A stretch of 32,000 nucleotides of DNA from an uncultured archaeon (lineage in GTDB: Archaea > Asgardarchaeota > Thorarchaeia > Thorarchaeales > Thorarchaeaceae). The notes beneath the pieces were generated by a model. That model made no database searches, had not been told where the DNA came from, and saw only the letters and a list, made by a program, of their open reading frames with translations. Below are positions 1 through 9,316 of this stretch, in pieces; position 1 is the first letter of the stretch, and each line of letters opens with the position of its first letter. The position numbers and the translations under genes are program-made. Where the stretch lies: positions 1 through 32,000 of the forward strand of contig CAZYLT010000003.1 of the NCBI GenBank assembly GCA_964648855.1, in the 5' to 3' direction.

Positions 1-2
1 GC

Positions 3-377
3 ACTACAGGTCACAATATCACCTGGAGTCCCTCGGACACGAACCCATCCCGATACGAGCTGTACGGAAATGGTTCTCTGATAGAGGGCAGTGATTGGGA
101 TGGCTCGCCGATAACAATCAGCGTGGATGGACTCTCTGTAGGCATCTACAACTACACCCTTGTGGTCTATGACACCTCAGGCAACAACATCGGTAGCACC
201 GTCTTCGTTACCGTGCAATCATCCACTACTACCACCACTAGTACTACGACCACTACTACGACAACGACAGAACCGGTGACGGATCCTTTGCTACCACTGG
301 TTATAATTTTAGCAGGTGCAGGAGCGGCAACCGTGGTCTTGCTCATATTGGCAGTTCGTTTCAAGAGGGAATCTTGA
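3..377 (+). CDS. C-terminal part of a cell-surface protein (beta-sandwich repeat, Thr-rich linker, single C-terminal TM anchor); 5'-truncated by window edge
   Basis: Frame is open from base 3 (TTGHNITWSPSDTNPSRYELYGNG...LSVGIYNYTLVVYDTSGN...VFVTV), then a poly-Thr linker, hydrophobic LLPLVIILAGAGAATVVLLILAV and basic tail RFKRES. The ORF-track start at 123 is internal. Confidence 0.8.
   Translation, partial: TTGHNITWSPSDTNPSRYELYGNGSLIEGSDWDGSPITISVDGLSVGIYNYTLVVYDTSGNNIGSTVFVTVQSSTTTTTSTTTTTTTTTEPVTDPLLPLVIILAGAGAATVVLLILAVRFKRES
218..270 (+). repeat. Low-complexity ACN codon run encoding the Ser/Thr linker
   Basis: tcatccactactaccaccactagtactacgaccactactacgacaacgaca encodes SSTTTTTSTTTTTTTTT. 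Confidence 0.75.
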
Positions 378-645
378 TGTGATTGCAACGAGTGACCTCC
401 AAGGAAGAGCTGGAGCCCCATCAAAGCTCGTTCAGACAGAGTCGCGGGTTCGGATGCCGATTTAAGAGGTTTACATGAAGCAAGGAATTGGTGGTAAGAA
501 CTATGCATCGACTTGGAACCGCCGGACTCGATGGAATACCGCCTGCTCAGACATATCTAGGATTGAAATTGGTAAATCGTAGAAAAATGGTTCTAATAGG
601 AATCAATGACTTCCTAGTACATATTGACCATTTCAATGGACATAT

Positions 646-1869
646 GTGCAATCATTTGTTTACTGTTTAGCGATGGAAATGTTTCGTATATCAGAAAGAG
701 ATAGGCGCATTGCAACTAGGTGTGTTCAAGGAACCAAGATACCAATTGCAGGCCCTGTTGTGGAGTCTATTGCCCAAACCTCGACCTTCGTATTTGAGAA
801 CCAAAAAGAAATGCTGAGGGCGGTTAGAGGACGGAGCGACAAGAATGTCTACACACGCTGGACAAATCCGACAACGGTCAATGCCCAAGAAAAGATCAGC
901 GCATTAGAACGAACTGAGTCAACCCTTCTTCTGTCTTCAGGAATGGCTGCGATTTCCTCTTCAGTGATGGGACTTGCAAAGAAAGGCGACCGTGTATTGT
1001 CTTCCGACTCAATATATGGCGGGACCTTACATCTCTTTGAAGATGTATTGCCGCGAAATGGGATAGAGGTGGACTTCGTGGAACAGGGTGAGTTTGTTGA
1101 TGCGATAGAAGACTCGAAGAGCGAGCATAAGCTGTGTTTCTTTGAAACTCCCACGAATCCAGCTCTAAGACTAATGGACATTGAAAGAGTAGCAGAGGCG
1201 TCCAAGTCAGCAGGCTTGACTAGCATCATCGATAACACTTTTGCAACTCCAATCAACCAGCGTCCTCATCAATTGGGGATTGATATTGTAATTCACAGCG
1301 CAACGAAGTACCTCGGCGGTCATAGTGACCTGATTGCAGGCTCCGTTTCTGGTAGAACCAATCTTATACGCGAGATTGATAGTACGGCACGGCTATTGGG
1401 AGGCACCATTGACCCATTTGCCTCGTTTCTCCTTGAACGTGGAATCAAGACATTGGCGGTTAGGATGGAGAAGCATAATTCAAATGCTGCATTGTTAGCT
1501 CGGGAGCTATCAAAAGACGGCAGAATACGAAGGGTTCACTACCCTGGGCTTGCTAGTCACCCTGACCATGATATCGCAAAAAGGCAGATGGATGGGTATG
1601 GCGGCATGTTGACTATTGAGATAGACGGAGATTTGAATTCAACTGAGGTTTTTGTTGACTCTTTGGAGATATTTCTGAATGCTGTTTCCCTTGGGGGCGT
1701 TGAGAGCCTTGCCAGCATTCCTGTGCTGACAACTCACTATGGCATCGATGAGAATGTCCTTGGGGAGATGAACGTGTCAAATTCCACGGTACGACTATCA
1801 GTTGGTATTGAGGACCCATACGACCTTCTCTACGATATTCAGAATGCACTCGATAAGAGCGTTCAATGA
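646..1869 (+). CDS. PLP-dependent Cys/Met metabolism enzyme (cystathionine gamma-synthase/lyase or methionine gamma-lyase family)
   Basis: Motifs YTRWTNPT, SSGMAAI, IYGGT, ETPTNP, DNTFATP, HSATKYLGGHSD (PLP lysine), SLGGVESL, RLSVGIED. True start is probably 673 or 679. Confidence 0.92.
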   Translation: MQSFVYCLAMEMFRISERDRRIATRCVQGTKIPIAGPVVESIAQTSTFVFENQKEMLRAVRGRSDKNVYTRWTNPTTVNAQEKISALERTESTLLLSSGMAAISSSVMGLAKKGDRVLSSDSIYGGTLHLFEDVLPRNGIEVDFVEQGEFVDAIEDSKSEHKLCFFETPTNPALRLMDIERVAEASKSAGLTSIIDNTFATPINQRPHQLGIDIVIHSATKYLGGHSDLIAGSVSGRTNLIREIDSTARLLGGTIDPFASFLLERGIKTLAVRMEKHNSNAALLARELSKDGRIRRVHYPGLASHPDHDIAKRQMDGYGGMLTIEIDGDLNSTEVFVDSLEIFLNAVSLGGVESLASIPVLTTHYGIDENVLGEMNVSNSTVRLSVGIEDPYDLLYDIQNALDKSVQ

Positions 1870-1912
1870 TGCGATACAACAGAATGAAATGAGCGAGTTG
1901 TGAAGGATTCCT

Positions 1913-2302
1913 CTATTTGGCTAGAAGAATGCCTATCTCCCTCGCATATTTCCTCATTTGGGTCACTGCTAATCCCATTGACGTGAGGTCTCTAGCAGAG
2001 CCCATAATGAGAAAATCACCAGCATGAGATAAGACTACAAACCCTTCTGCGCCTCTAACAATTACTTCATACAACTCTTCAAGTCCCAATTTGTCCGCTG
2101 CCATCTCACCCTGAACCAATAAAGCAGCACTTACTGCAGCCATGAGATCAGGATCGGCATCAGAATCTTCCGTTGCAAAATAGGCAAGTTTCACACCTTG
2201 CTTACTTACAACAGCAATCGCATCTAGATCAGCGTAGTTCGTTAGACCCATCAGGAGCTCAACGAGCTCCTTTTCTTTTGCTTCATCGAGGTGAGATGAC
2301 AT
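1913..2302 (-). CDS. Roadblock/LC7 (MglB/LAMTOR2-like) domain protein
   Basis: 129 aa with the roadblock pattern AIAVVSKQG...D.DLMAAVSAALL..GE.AA.KLG...LYEVIVRGAEGFVVL..AG; GAGG Shine-Dalgarno-like sequence upstream. Confidence 0.88.
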   Translation of the reverse strand: MSSHLDEAKEKELVELLMGLTNYADLDAIAVVSKQGVKLAYFATEDSDADPDLMAAVSAALLVQGEMAADKLGLEELYEVIVRGAEGFVVLSHAGDFLIMGSARDLTSMGLAVTQMRKYAREIGILLAK

Positions 2303-2400
2303 GTGTATTCCTCAAACTAATTTCTGTATCAATCGGGCTGTTAAATACATTTGTGGAGTGAATCCATTTGTTACTGACAGCCCATAAGCAGCAGACTCCC

Positions 2401-3315
2401 TTACTTAGCGACAAGCTTGCGCTTCTTATCCTTCTTCTTTTCAGTTGTTCCCTCTGGGACCCCTTCATCCACTTCTGACCTGAAGAAGGTGATTAGATCC
2501 GTGAGCCGTTCCTTCATCTCGGACTTTATTGGGCTAAGTATTGCATCTGGGGTGCCTTTGAGCAATTCAATTCCAAGTATCTGTCCATCTCGAACTATCA
2601 CTCGCGGAATGAAACCCTCTGCCATGAAGGTACCTTCAGGAGGATCCTTGACTTTCTCAAATTTTCGTTCGATTTTTTCTTGTCCGAATACAGATAGTTT
2701 GTGCTCGGCAACGGAAAATAGTTCATTGTAAACAATGAGTAGCTCCCTTTGATAACCTTCCGGGGGCTCCTCGTCCTGAAGTTGCTCAATCATGTTTTGA
2801 ATCTTATCGGAGTTGACCTCGGCTTTCACTGCCGGGCTCGCAGGCTTTGCTTGCGGCTTGGTTGAAGGTTGAGCAGGTTTAGGTTTCGTTGGCGGTGGAC
2901 CAGGAGCTTCACGCTTAGCAGGCTCTGTCTTTTGTGTCGTCCTAGGCGGTGTTGGCGGAGGGGCAGGTTTGCTTGCAGTGCTAGGTTTTGGTGCTGGAGG
3001 TTTGTCTTCTTGACCCGGTGTGATTACTTTGGCAGCAGCAGTTGTTCCGTCCAATGCTGTAAAGAATGTTGGTGGTTCTTCTCCCTCATCGAGGGGTCGT
3101 ACCTTGAAATGGAATCCATATTCTGACCTCAAGTTGGTCGCAACTCGTGCTCCAATGAATTTCTTCCGAATACCTGCCTGACTCCCCTTCCAAAGGTAAA
3201 TGCTCTTGGTTTCATCATCGACGACACAAACTACCTTTGTGGAGGATAAATCCTCCTCGTTGATTTGCACTTCGTTTAGAGTTCCATCTTCGGAAACTTC
3301 GTAGCCTGTTACCAT
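2401..3315 (-). CDS. Asgard-type gelsolin-domain protein: N-terminal gelsolin-like domain, Pro/Lys-rich linker, unassigned C-terminal domain, basic tail
   Basis: LSSTKVVCVVDDETKSIYLWKGSQAGIRKKFIGARVATNL...LDEGEEPPTF matches the gelsolin repeat pattern (L.S..V..vD....iylW.G..a...k....A......EG.Ep..F). Confidence 0.78.
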   Translation of the reverse strand: MVTGYEVSEDGTLNEVQINEEDLSSTKVVCVVDDETKSIYLWKGSQAGIRKKFIGARVATNLRSEYGFHFKVRPLDEGEEPPTFFTALDGTTAAAKVITPGQEDKPPAPKPSTASKPAPPPTPPRTTQKTEPAKREAPGPPPTKPKPAQPSTKPQAKPASPAVKAEVNSDKIQNMIEQLQDEEPPEGYQRELLIVYNELFSVAEHKLSVFGQEKIERKFEKVKDPPEGTFMAEGFIPRVIVRDGQILGIELLKGTPDAILSPIKSEMKERLTDLITFFRSEVDEGVPEGTTEKKKDKKRKLVAK

Positions 3316-3551
3316 TGTGAATCACTACACTCATCGCGATGACTGCTCTACTCTTGGCGTATTTCAAGAGAGCAAGCCATTGCTTGTTTCGTTTCATTAG
3401 TTGTCAATTTCTAGTGTCAACTTGAAACAGCTTTTACCTCAAGATGGAGGTATATCACTGTTATTGTGTCGTATGTTTAGTACTTATGGCCTTATTTGCT
3501 ATTCACCTTGAAATAGGGTCATTCAAATGGACAAAGCAAAGGGTGCGAAAA

Positions 3552-4610
3552 TCACGTAAGAATCTTCATGCGTCTTTGGTCAATTGAAAAACCAATATTT
3601 GACTTTTCGAAATCATGCAATTTGGCTGCATAATGCTGGTCAGCTATGAAAGATACAATTTTCTGTTCTCCAACTGAGAGAATGACTTTGAAGCCTCCAA
3701 GATGGGGTGTTACAGATTCCAATTTTCCTGTAAGACCATCAGCTCGGCTATTCACGTCCAACTTCACGGCTTCTGGCTTGAAGGCCAAAGCAACCTCCCT
3801 ACCCATCTCAAAATCTCCCTTCGTTTCAACTATGCCTCCCTTTACCTTTATTCTCAATTTCTGATTCTCTTTTTCTATGACCTCCCCACTCAGAATGTTC
3901 CCGTGTCCTATAAATTGAGCAACAAATACATCTTTGGGATTAAAATAGAGTTCATCCGGGGTTCCTACCTGTTTTATGATGCCGTTCTGTAGGACTGCAA
4001 TCTTATCCGCGACAGCGAAAGCCTCCACTTGGTCATGAGTTACGTATATCGTTGTGATTCCAAATTGCCTCTGAATTTTCTTGATTTCGTCCTGAAGCCG
4101 TTCTCTTAGATTCGGGTCCAAAGCAGAGAGCGGTTCATCTAGCAACAGGAGTTTGGGCCTTCTAGCCAACGCTCTTGCCAATGCAACTCGCTGACCCTCT
4201 CCGCCGCTTATTTCATCGACGCGTCTATGAAGCAAATCTTTGATTCCGAGTATGTCCGCCAGTTCTTCTACTCGTCTGATTGTTTCATCTCTTGTCCAAT
4301 TGTTTACTTCAAGACCGAATGCAATATTCTGAAAGACTGTCATATTTGGAAACAGTGCGACAGACTGAACTACCATTCCTATGTTTCTCTCACTTGGTGG
4401 AACTCTGATAACATCAACGTCATCAAAACAGACTCTCCCCGCGTCGCTCTCAATAAAGCCTGCAATCATTCGCAAAGTCGTAGTTTTTCCAGAACCACTA
4501 GGCCCTAACAAGACCATTAACTCCCCGTCCGCAACAGCTAAATCTATGGGGCCAATGCTCGTTCCATCCGGAAATTCTCTAAGCATCCCATCAATTTCTA
4601 TCTTCACCAT
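3552..4610 (-). CDS. ABC transporter ATP-binding subunit (ThiQ-like by context, PotA/FbpC family with C-terminal TOBE region)
   Basis: Walker A GPSGSGKT, signature ISGGEGQRVALARAL, Walker B LLLLDEP, VTHD. ATG at 4610 overlaps the permease stop (TGATG); the track start 4613 is a TTG. Confidence 0.92.
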   Translation of the reverse strand: MVKIEIDGMLREFPDGTSIGPIDLAVADGELMVLLGPSGSGKTTTLRMIAGFIESDAGRVCFDDVDVIRVPPSERNIGMVVQSVALFPNMTVFQNIAFGLEVNNWTRDETIRRVEELADILGIKDLLHRRVDEISGGEGQRVALARALARRPKLLLLDEPLSALDPNLRERLQDEIKKIQRQFGITTIYVTHDQVEAFAVADKIAVLQNGIIKQVGTPDELYFNPKDVFVAQFIGHGNILSGEVIEKENQKLRIKVKGGIVETKGDFEMGREVALAFKPEAVKLDVNSRADGLTGKLESVTPHLGGFKVILSVGEQKIVSFIADQHYAAKLHDFEKSNIGFSIDQRRMKILT

Positions 4611-6271
4611 CAAAGTGTACCTCCATAACCTGACTCAGAGAGATACTCTATTGCCAAAAATGCTGCTAGACATATTATAACAAGAATCAAAGCCGACGCT
4701 CCAGCTTGTACAAAATTCCTGACAGCGAGGTTCCGATATATTGTCACTGACAAGGTGTAATTCTCTGGTTGAGCTAGGAACAGAGTTGCAGACATTTCTC
4801 CTATTGCCATGGCAAACGAAAACACTGCTGCTACAAGTATTCCAGGGGCAAGCAATGGGAGTTCAACAAAGAATAGCCTCTCCAAACGAGACGCACCAAG
4901 AATATCTGCCTGGTCCAATACTTCTTGATTGACTTTTTCCCACGCAATTTGAATCGACCTTGCACTAAATGGAACACCAATAATGGTCTGTGCGATTATA
5001 ATCAGTGGCCACGGATTTGTAGTCAATCCCAGTGGTACCGCCACTACGAGCATCAATCCATATGCCATTGTGATTGATGATATTCCTAATGGCAGCAACG
5101 TAAATATTGAAGTTATCTCGGGGAGCATGAACTTTTTCGATTTGTGCACATATGCCAAGGGAACCCCAAGAAGAAGAGATAATAAAGTTGCAAGCCCGCC
5201 ATAAAAGAGTGAGTTGAGAAGAGGAACCAATCCTCCATCTATCCCTCCCTGGACCAAATATGCTAGTCCTTCGAGAGTAAACTGATTTCTAAACGGGTCG
5301 TGAACTGCAGACAGAAAAATCGCCACCATTGGCCCCATCAATAGAAATAAGGCAAAGACAACATACGCGATAATGACTAGTTTCCATTTCGCATCAACTG
5401 TTGACAACTCATGCACACGACTTTTTATATCGCCATAGCCGGATGTTTTGGTTTCGGTTCTCACATAAGCATATGCAAGTACTAATGTTATTAGAATCTG
5501 AATGAATGCAAGAATGCTGGCCTTGTCATATTCAAAGAATCTGAATGCATTCCAGATCTGGACTTCTAATGTCATCAATCTCCCCTGACCAAATGCAAGA
5601 ACGATAGGGAATGACATGAAACAGAAAAGAAACGTGAGAATGGACGCGGCAAACAAGGATGAACGAAGATGCGGAAATATGATTCTTCTAAGTACTCCTA
5701 TACGAGATGCTCCTAATGACTCAGCGACTTCTTCCATTTCTTCTGGAAGTGTCTTCAATGAGGACGAAACAATCATGATGAAGAGTGGGGCATTATAGAA
5801 AGCATGAGCGAGAATTATCCCTGGAGCGCCCGTGGCAAGATTGACAACAGAATCCGAGGATTGCAATACGACTTTGAGAATCGAATCCAGAATTCCTCCG
5901 GAGCCAAATACCTGCATGAATCCAACTACTACAACGATAGGAGGTAACACGAAGGGCACTACCAACAGAGCTCTTATGATATTTCGACCCGGAAACTTCA
6001 CTCTTGCAAAAATAAACGCTCCGGGAATGCCCAGAAGAAATGAAGCTGCTGTACTGATAATTGCTTGTCCAACAGTGAATGTGAAGACCCGATTTGTTGT
6101 AGATGAACTAATGATAGCTAGAAATGAGTCTACCCCCCCGATTAGCATTCCCTCAAGAAGCACCGTAAATACGGGAAAGATGAGAAAAACAAATAGTATC
6201 GAAAATGGCGTACCCAGTACTAGATACTTCACCAGCCTGTTCTTCTTCACTACTTCTTCCTCATCAGCCAA
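4610..6271 (-). CDS. thiP: ABC transporter permease, ThiP/FbpB type (duplicated, about 12 TM)
   Basis: Two EAA-loop motifs (EEVAESLGAS; LDQADILGAS), PFVLPPIVV, AHAFYNAP, TLEVQI; lies between the thiamine SBP and the ATPase. Confidence 0.85.
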   Translation of the reverse strand: MADEEEVVKKNRLVKYLVLGTPFSILFVFLIFPVFTVLLEGMLIGGVDSFLAIISSSTTNRVFTFTVGQAIISTAASFLLGIPGAFIFARVKFPGRNIIRALLVVPFVLPPIVVVVGFMQVFGSGGILDSILKVVLQSSDSVVNLATGAPGIILAHAFYNAPLFIMIVSSSLKTLPEEMEEVAESLGASRIGVLRRIIFPHLRSSLFAASILTFLFCFMSFPIVLAFGQGRLMTLEVQIWNAFRFFEYDKASILAFIQILITLVLAYAYVRTETKTSGYGDIKSRVHELSTVDAKWKLVIIAYVVFALFLLMGPMVAIFLSAVHDPFRNQFTLEGLAYLVQGGIDGGLVPLLNSLFYGGLATLLSLLLGVPLAYVHKSKKFMLPEITSIFTLLPLGISSITMAYGLMLVVAVPLGLTTNPWPLIIIAQTIIGVPFSARSIQIAWEKVNQEVLDQADILGASRLERLFFVELPLLAPGILVAAVFSFAMAIGEMSATLFLAQPENYTLSVTIYRNLAVRNFVQAGASALILVIICLAAFLAIEYLSESGYGGTL

Positions 6272-7370
6272 TCATGATGGTTTCGTATTGGTCTAACCAA
6301 TCAGACAGGTTCTCCTCTATAATTGTACTGTTGAGCAATGAATTCAATACTTCAACTTCATCTGGATGAAGCGCATGCTGAAATACTGGATCCAATTCCA
6401 CTTCAGTATTTACAGGAAACATCCATTGGTTCAAAGCTACGTATGATTGAACATTCTGAGATAGGCAATACTCGATGAAAGCTTTTCCGAGTTCCGGATT
6501 GGGTCCATTCTTTACAAGCCCCATCCCTTCAATCTGCATCCATGCATAATCATTACCGTTGTAGTGGTATGGAGCAACCGCTGTCACAGGTGTTTCGCCG
6601 CTGTAGAAAGCATCGTAGGCAGGATCGGTTCCATAGCTCACAAGCAGTTTTCTTGCATCGGTTCCATACCAGGTTTCCCATGCCTCGGTCCATCCTTCCT
6701 CAACATCTATGTCTTCTCTGACCTGCGTCCACCAGCTTGTCCAATCCTCATCAAGAATCTCGGTGTAGACGGCTATTTGGCTCAACAAAAAGGAAAGCCC
6801 TGGACTGCTAAATCTCGGATCCTCCGTCACCAACATTGAAGCCATATCTGACAAATCAGAGAATGTCAGGTCTTCCAATGGAGGATGGGTGCTGCTGTTG
6901 ATATCATTAGTATTGTAGATGATAGTCACCAACCCTAGGTCAAAAGGAACTACGTAGTGCTCCTCGTCCAAGTTGGTAACAATCTCACTATCAACTACAT
7001 CTATGTTTGAGGGCGTATACGGCTCGAGAACGCTTCTCGCTTCGCTTTGAAGGATGAGGATATTATCTATGCCAATTACAACATCCGCGACTGGATTGGC
7101 CTCTTCTGCTTTCAATCGAGCCACTATCCCATTAGCGTCGGTTTCTAAACGACGTATCTCAAGATTGACACCGTATTGCCTCTCAAAATCTGCAAAGATT
7201 TGGGTGTCATTTGCGTCACCCCACGCCATGAAAGAGTCATAGGTATATACTGTGAAAGTGGGCTTGGGCCATGTCACGAATGCATAAGCCGCCACAACCA
7301 CGATTGCAACAACTGAAATAGCCACTAGGATTTTTGCTGGATTTCTCCTCGTTGGATACTCGTTACTCAT
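6264..7370 (-). CDS. thiB: Thiamine ABC transporter substrate-binding protein with N-terminal membrane anchor
   Basis: ThiB/TbpA motifs TVYTYDSF, ADVVIGIDN, DPRFSSPGLSFL, GWTEAW, VSYGTDPAY, QIEG, QWMFPV. Start is more likely ATG 7370 or 7385 than the track TTG at 7403. Confidence 0.88.
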   Translation of the reverse strand: MSNEYPTRRNPAKILVAISVVAIVVVAAYAFVTWPKPTFTVYTYDSFMAWGDANDTQIFADFERQYGVNLEIRRLETDANGIVARLKAEEANPVADVVIGIDNILILQSEARSVLEPYTPSNIDVVDSEIVTNLDEEHYVVPFDLGLVTIIYNTNDINSSTHPPLEDLTFSDLSDMASMLVTEDPRFSSPGLSFLLSQIAVYTEILDEDWTSWWTQVREDIDVEEGWTEAWETWYGTDARKLLVSYGTDPAYDAFYSGETPVTAVAPYHYNGNDYAWMQIEGMGLVKNGPNPELGKAFIEYCLSQNVQSYVALNQWMFPVNTEVELDPVFQHALHPDEVEVLNSLLNSTIIEENLSDWLDQYETIMIG

Positions 7371-7396
7371 TCTTACACCGCTCATTATTAACGTGT

Positions 7397-7415
7397 TATA
7401 CAACTAAGTTATATA
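7397..7415. promoter_or_regulatory. Candidate ThiR operator overlapping the divergent thiB/thiR promoters
   Basis: 19-bp imperfect palindrome TATACAACT-A-AGTTATATA (8 of 9 arm positions match), containing TATA-like sequence, in the 81-bp gap between thiB and thiR. Confidence 0.6.
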
Positions 7416-7451
7416 GCTATACCATAAATATGTTGTCGTGGAGAAAATACT

Positions 7452-8372
7452 ATGCGACCCCCGTGCGAACTAGTCCAGCGCGAATTTCTTCCAGTCTTGC
7501 GATGGAAGGTTGCAAATCTGCTTGGTGAATCAGGATATTCACAGGTAGAGATTGCTGAATTCATGGGTCTAACCCAGGCAGCAGTGAGCAAGTATCTTAG
7601 GCAGTCACCTCCAGAAACTAACCTGATTGAATCAATAAAGGACCTTGCAGTCCGTCTTGTGGAATTATCAGTGCGTTCGGATTTTGAGAGTCAGGCAGTG
7701 AGGGAAATATGTTCTGAATGCATGAAATTGCGAATAGGTTCTACCATCTGTGATAGTCATCGGTCGTCCGTAGATTCTCTGGCTGAGCAGAAATGCAATA
7801 TATGTGCCGACTTGCTTGGAGGGAGTGACAGCAAACTCAGTGGTAGGTCTGAAGTGCTTAGAAATCTGGAAGATGCATTGGGAGTTATTGAGAATTCAAG
7901 GAATTTCGCCGCCTTGGTGCCGCAAGTACGCACCAACATAGTTGTGTGTAATGAAAATCCAGATTCCATAGATGATGTGGTGGGGATTCCCGGACGGATA
8001 ACCATTGTTGATGGTCGAGCTCATATCACTTCTCCACCGAAGTTTGGGTCATCAAGGCACACTGCTAGCATTCTGCTTCGAGCCAGAGAACATATTCCAT
8101 CTACTACTGTTTCCGTGTGTATCAAGGGTGATGAGAGGGTGGTTACACTTCTTCGTGAAGCAGGGATAGAACTCTTCAAAACAGAAGAAGGGACGACTGA
8201 TCCAACTAAAATTACTACAGCACTAGAAAGTGCAGAGCAGAGCTTGAAACATTTCGCAATACGAGTTCCTGGTGATATCGGAGTTGAGCCAGTGGTTTAT
8301 CTGTTTGGTGAAAATCCTACTGAGCTAATAGAAATAGCCGACGGAATTGGGGCAAAACTCAGAAATCAATAA
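7452..8372 (+). CDS. thiR: ThiR-type transcriptional regulator (XRE-like HTH plus ThiN thiamine-phosphate synthase-like sensor domain)
   Basis: N-terminal PPCE..LP..R...YSQVEIAEFMGLTQAAVSKYL HTH, Cys/His cluster, then ThiN-like LVPQVRTNI, DVVGIPGRIT, PKFGSSRHTA, GDIGVEPVVYLFG; divergent from thiBPQ. Confidence 0.85.
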   Translation: MRPPCELVQREFLPVLRWKVANLLGESGYSQVEIAEFMGLTQAAVSKYLRQSPPETNLIESIKDLAVRLVELSVRSDFESQAVREICSECMKLRIGSTICDSHRSSVDSLAEQKCNICADLLGGSDSKLSGRSEVLRNLEDALGVIENSRNFAALVPQVRTNIVVCNENPDSIDDVVGIPGRITIVDGRAHITSPPKFGSSRHTASILLRAREHIPSTTVSVCIKGDERVVTLLREAGIELFKTEEGTTDPTKITTALESAEQSLKHFAIRVPGDIGVEPVVYLFGENPTELIEIADGIGAKLRNQ

Positions 8373-8444
8373 CACCCTGTGATACATCCTTTTATTTTGC
8401 ATCTCAGAGTCTTATCGACAGAAGATATGCCGAGTGTAACAACC

Positions 8445-9308
8445 ATGGTGGTAATTAGAACTGGAAAGATGAGGGATTGTCGTGACCTTTTGACGGTGTA
8501 CCAAACCACAAGATGGTATCATGGAGTTAGACCTAACGGTTACGAAACAGTTGAGCAGATCAAAGCTGAACACAGAGGTATTGGTTTCAAACGGTGGGGA
8601 TGGCTTGTGGCAGAGCTTGACGAAACCGTTGTAGGTGAGATTGTCTTTCGAATCGAGAAGAATCCAAGTTCAGGAAAGCTCGGCATTATCAGAAATTTGG
8701 ATATTGATGTTCGATTTCAGAAAAAGGAAATAGGTACCCAGCTTACTCGTGCCGCTGAAGATGTTCTCAGAGAACGAGGTGCAGTTCGTGTAGTCTTGAC
8801 AACTCCACCGGAGGCCTATAACTATTGGATGAAGATTGGATACTTTGCTCGTGGCTCTTTGCTGCGTATATCTACGGATTTGGCTGATGTACCCGTTGAC
8901 AGGAGCAGGACCTTGGAGAGATCCCGGTTGGACAATGAACCATCAATATCCAAGAAATTCATATTTTCGAATATTGCCTATCCTAGTTTGCTTGTTGATT
9001 GCATTAGAGAAATTTCCATTGAAGGAAAACCAGGTCGAGTATTGAAATTTGGTCTTGATTCCAATTTTGTGGGGATTGGAGTTGTATACAAGAAGAATCA
9101 AGAAACTGCTGAATTTGTAGTCGATGCCACAAGATTCGGGGTTCAAGAACTCATTCCGATGATTCAAAAGACATTGGGTCTTGCCCGGAGCTGGACAGTA
9201 GAAAGGGTATCTGGGCTAATTCCAAAAGGGAGTTTTCCCTTATACGAGAAATCTGCTCCTTGGTCTTCGGAATTGGCCCGTGATATACCGGTGACGAGAC
9301 TACTCTAG
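8445..9308 (+). CDS. GNAT-family N-acetyltransferase with extra C-terminal domain
   Basis: WLVAELDETVVG, acetyl-CoA motif A LDIDVRFQKKEIGTQL, AYNYWMKIGY. Start is 8427 or 8445 rather than track 8379. Confidence 0.8.
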   Translation: MVVIRTGKMRDCRDLLTVYQTTRWYHGVRPNGYETVEQIKAEHRGIGFKRWGWLVAELDETVVGEIVFRIEKNPSSGKLGIIRNLDIDVRFQKKEIGTQLTRAAEDVLRERGAVRVVLTTPPEAYNYWMKIGYFARGSLLRISTDLADVPVDRSRTLERSRLDNEPSISKKFIFSNIAYPSLLVDCIREISIEGKPGRVLKFGLDSNFVGIGVVYKKNQETAEFVVDATRFGVQELIPMIQKTLGLARSWTVERVSGLIPKGSFPLYEKSAPWSSELARDIPVTRLL

Positions 9309-9316
9309 CTTCTTGC

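Noticed and set aside
167-508. 113-aa minus-strand ORF with a poly-Val run
   Set aside because: Antisense shadow of the Thr-rich linker of the plus-strand surface protein.
378-670. Long intergenic region and 60-aa ORF 488..670; possible ncRNA or tRNA
   Set aside because: No cloverleaf, convincing hairpin or recognisable protein motif by eye; an Rfam search would be needed to exclude an ncRNA.
7371-7451. TPP riboswitch upstream of thiB
   Set aside because: Too short and AT-rich, no CUGAGA core; ThiR explains the regulation.
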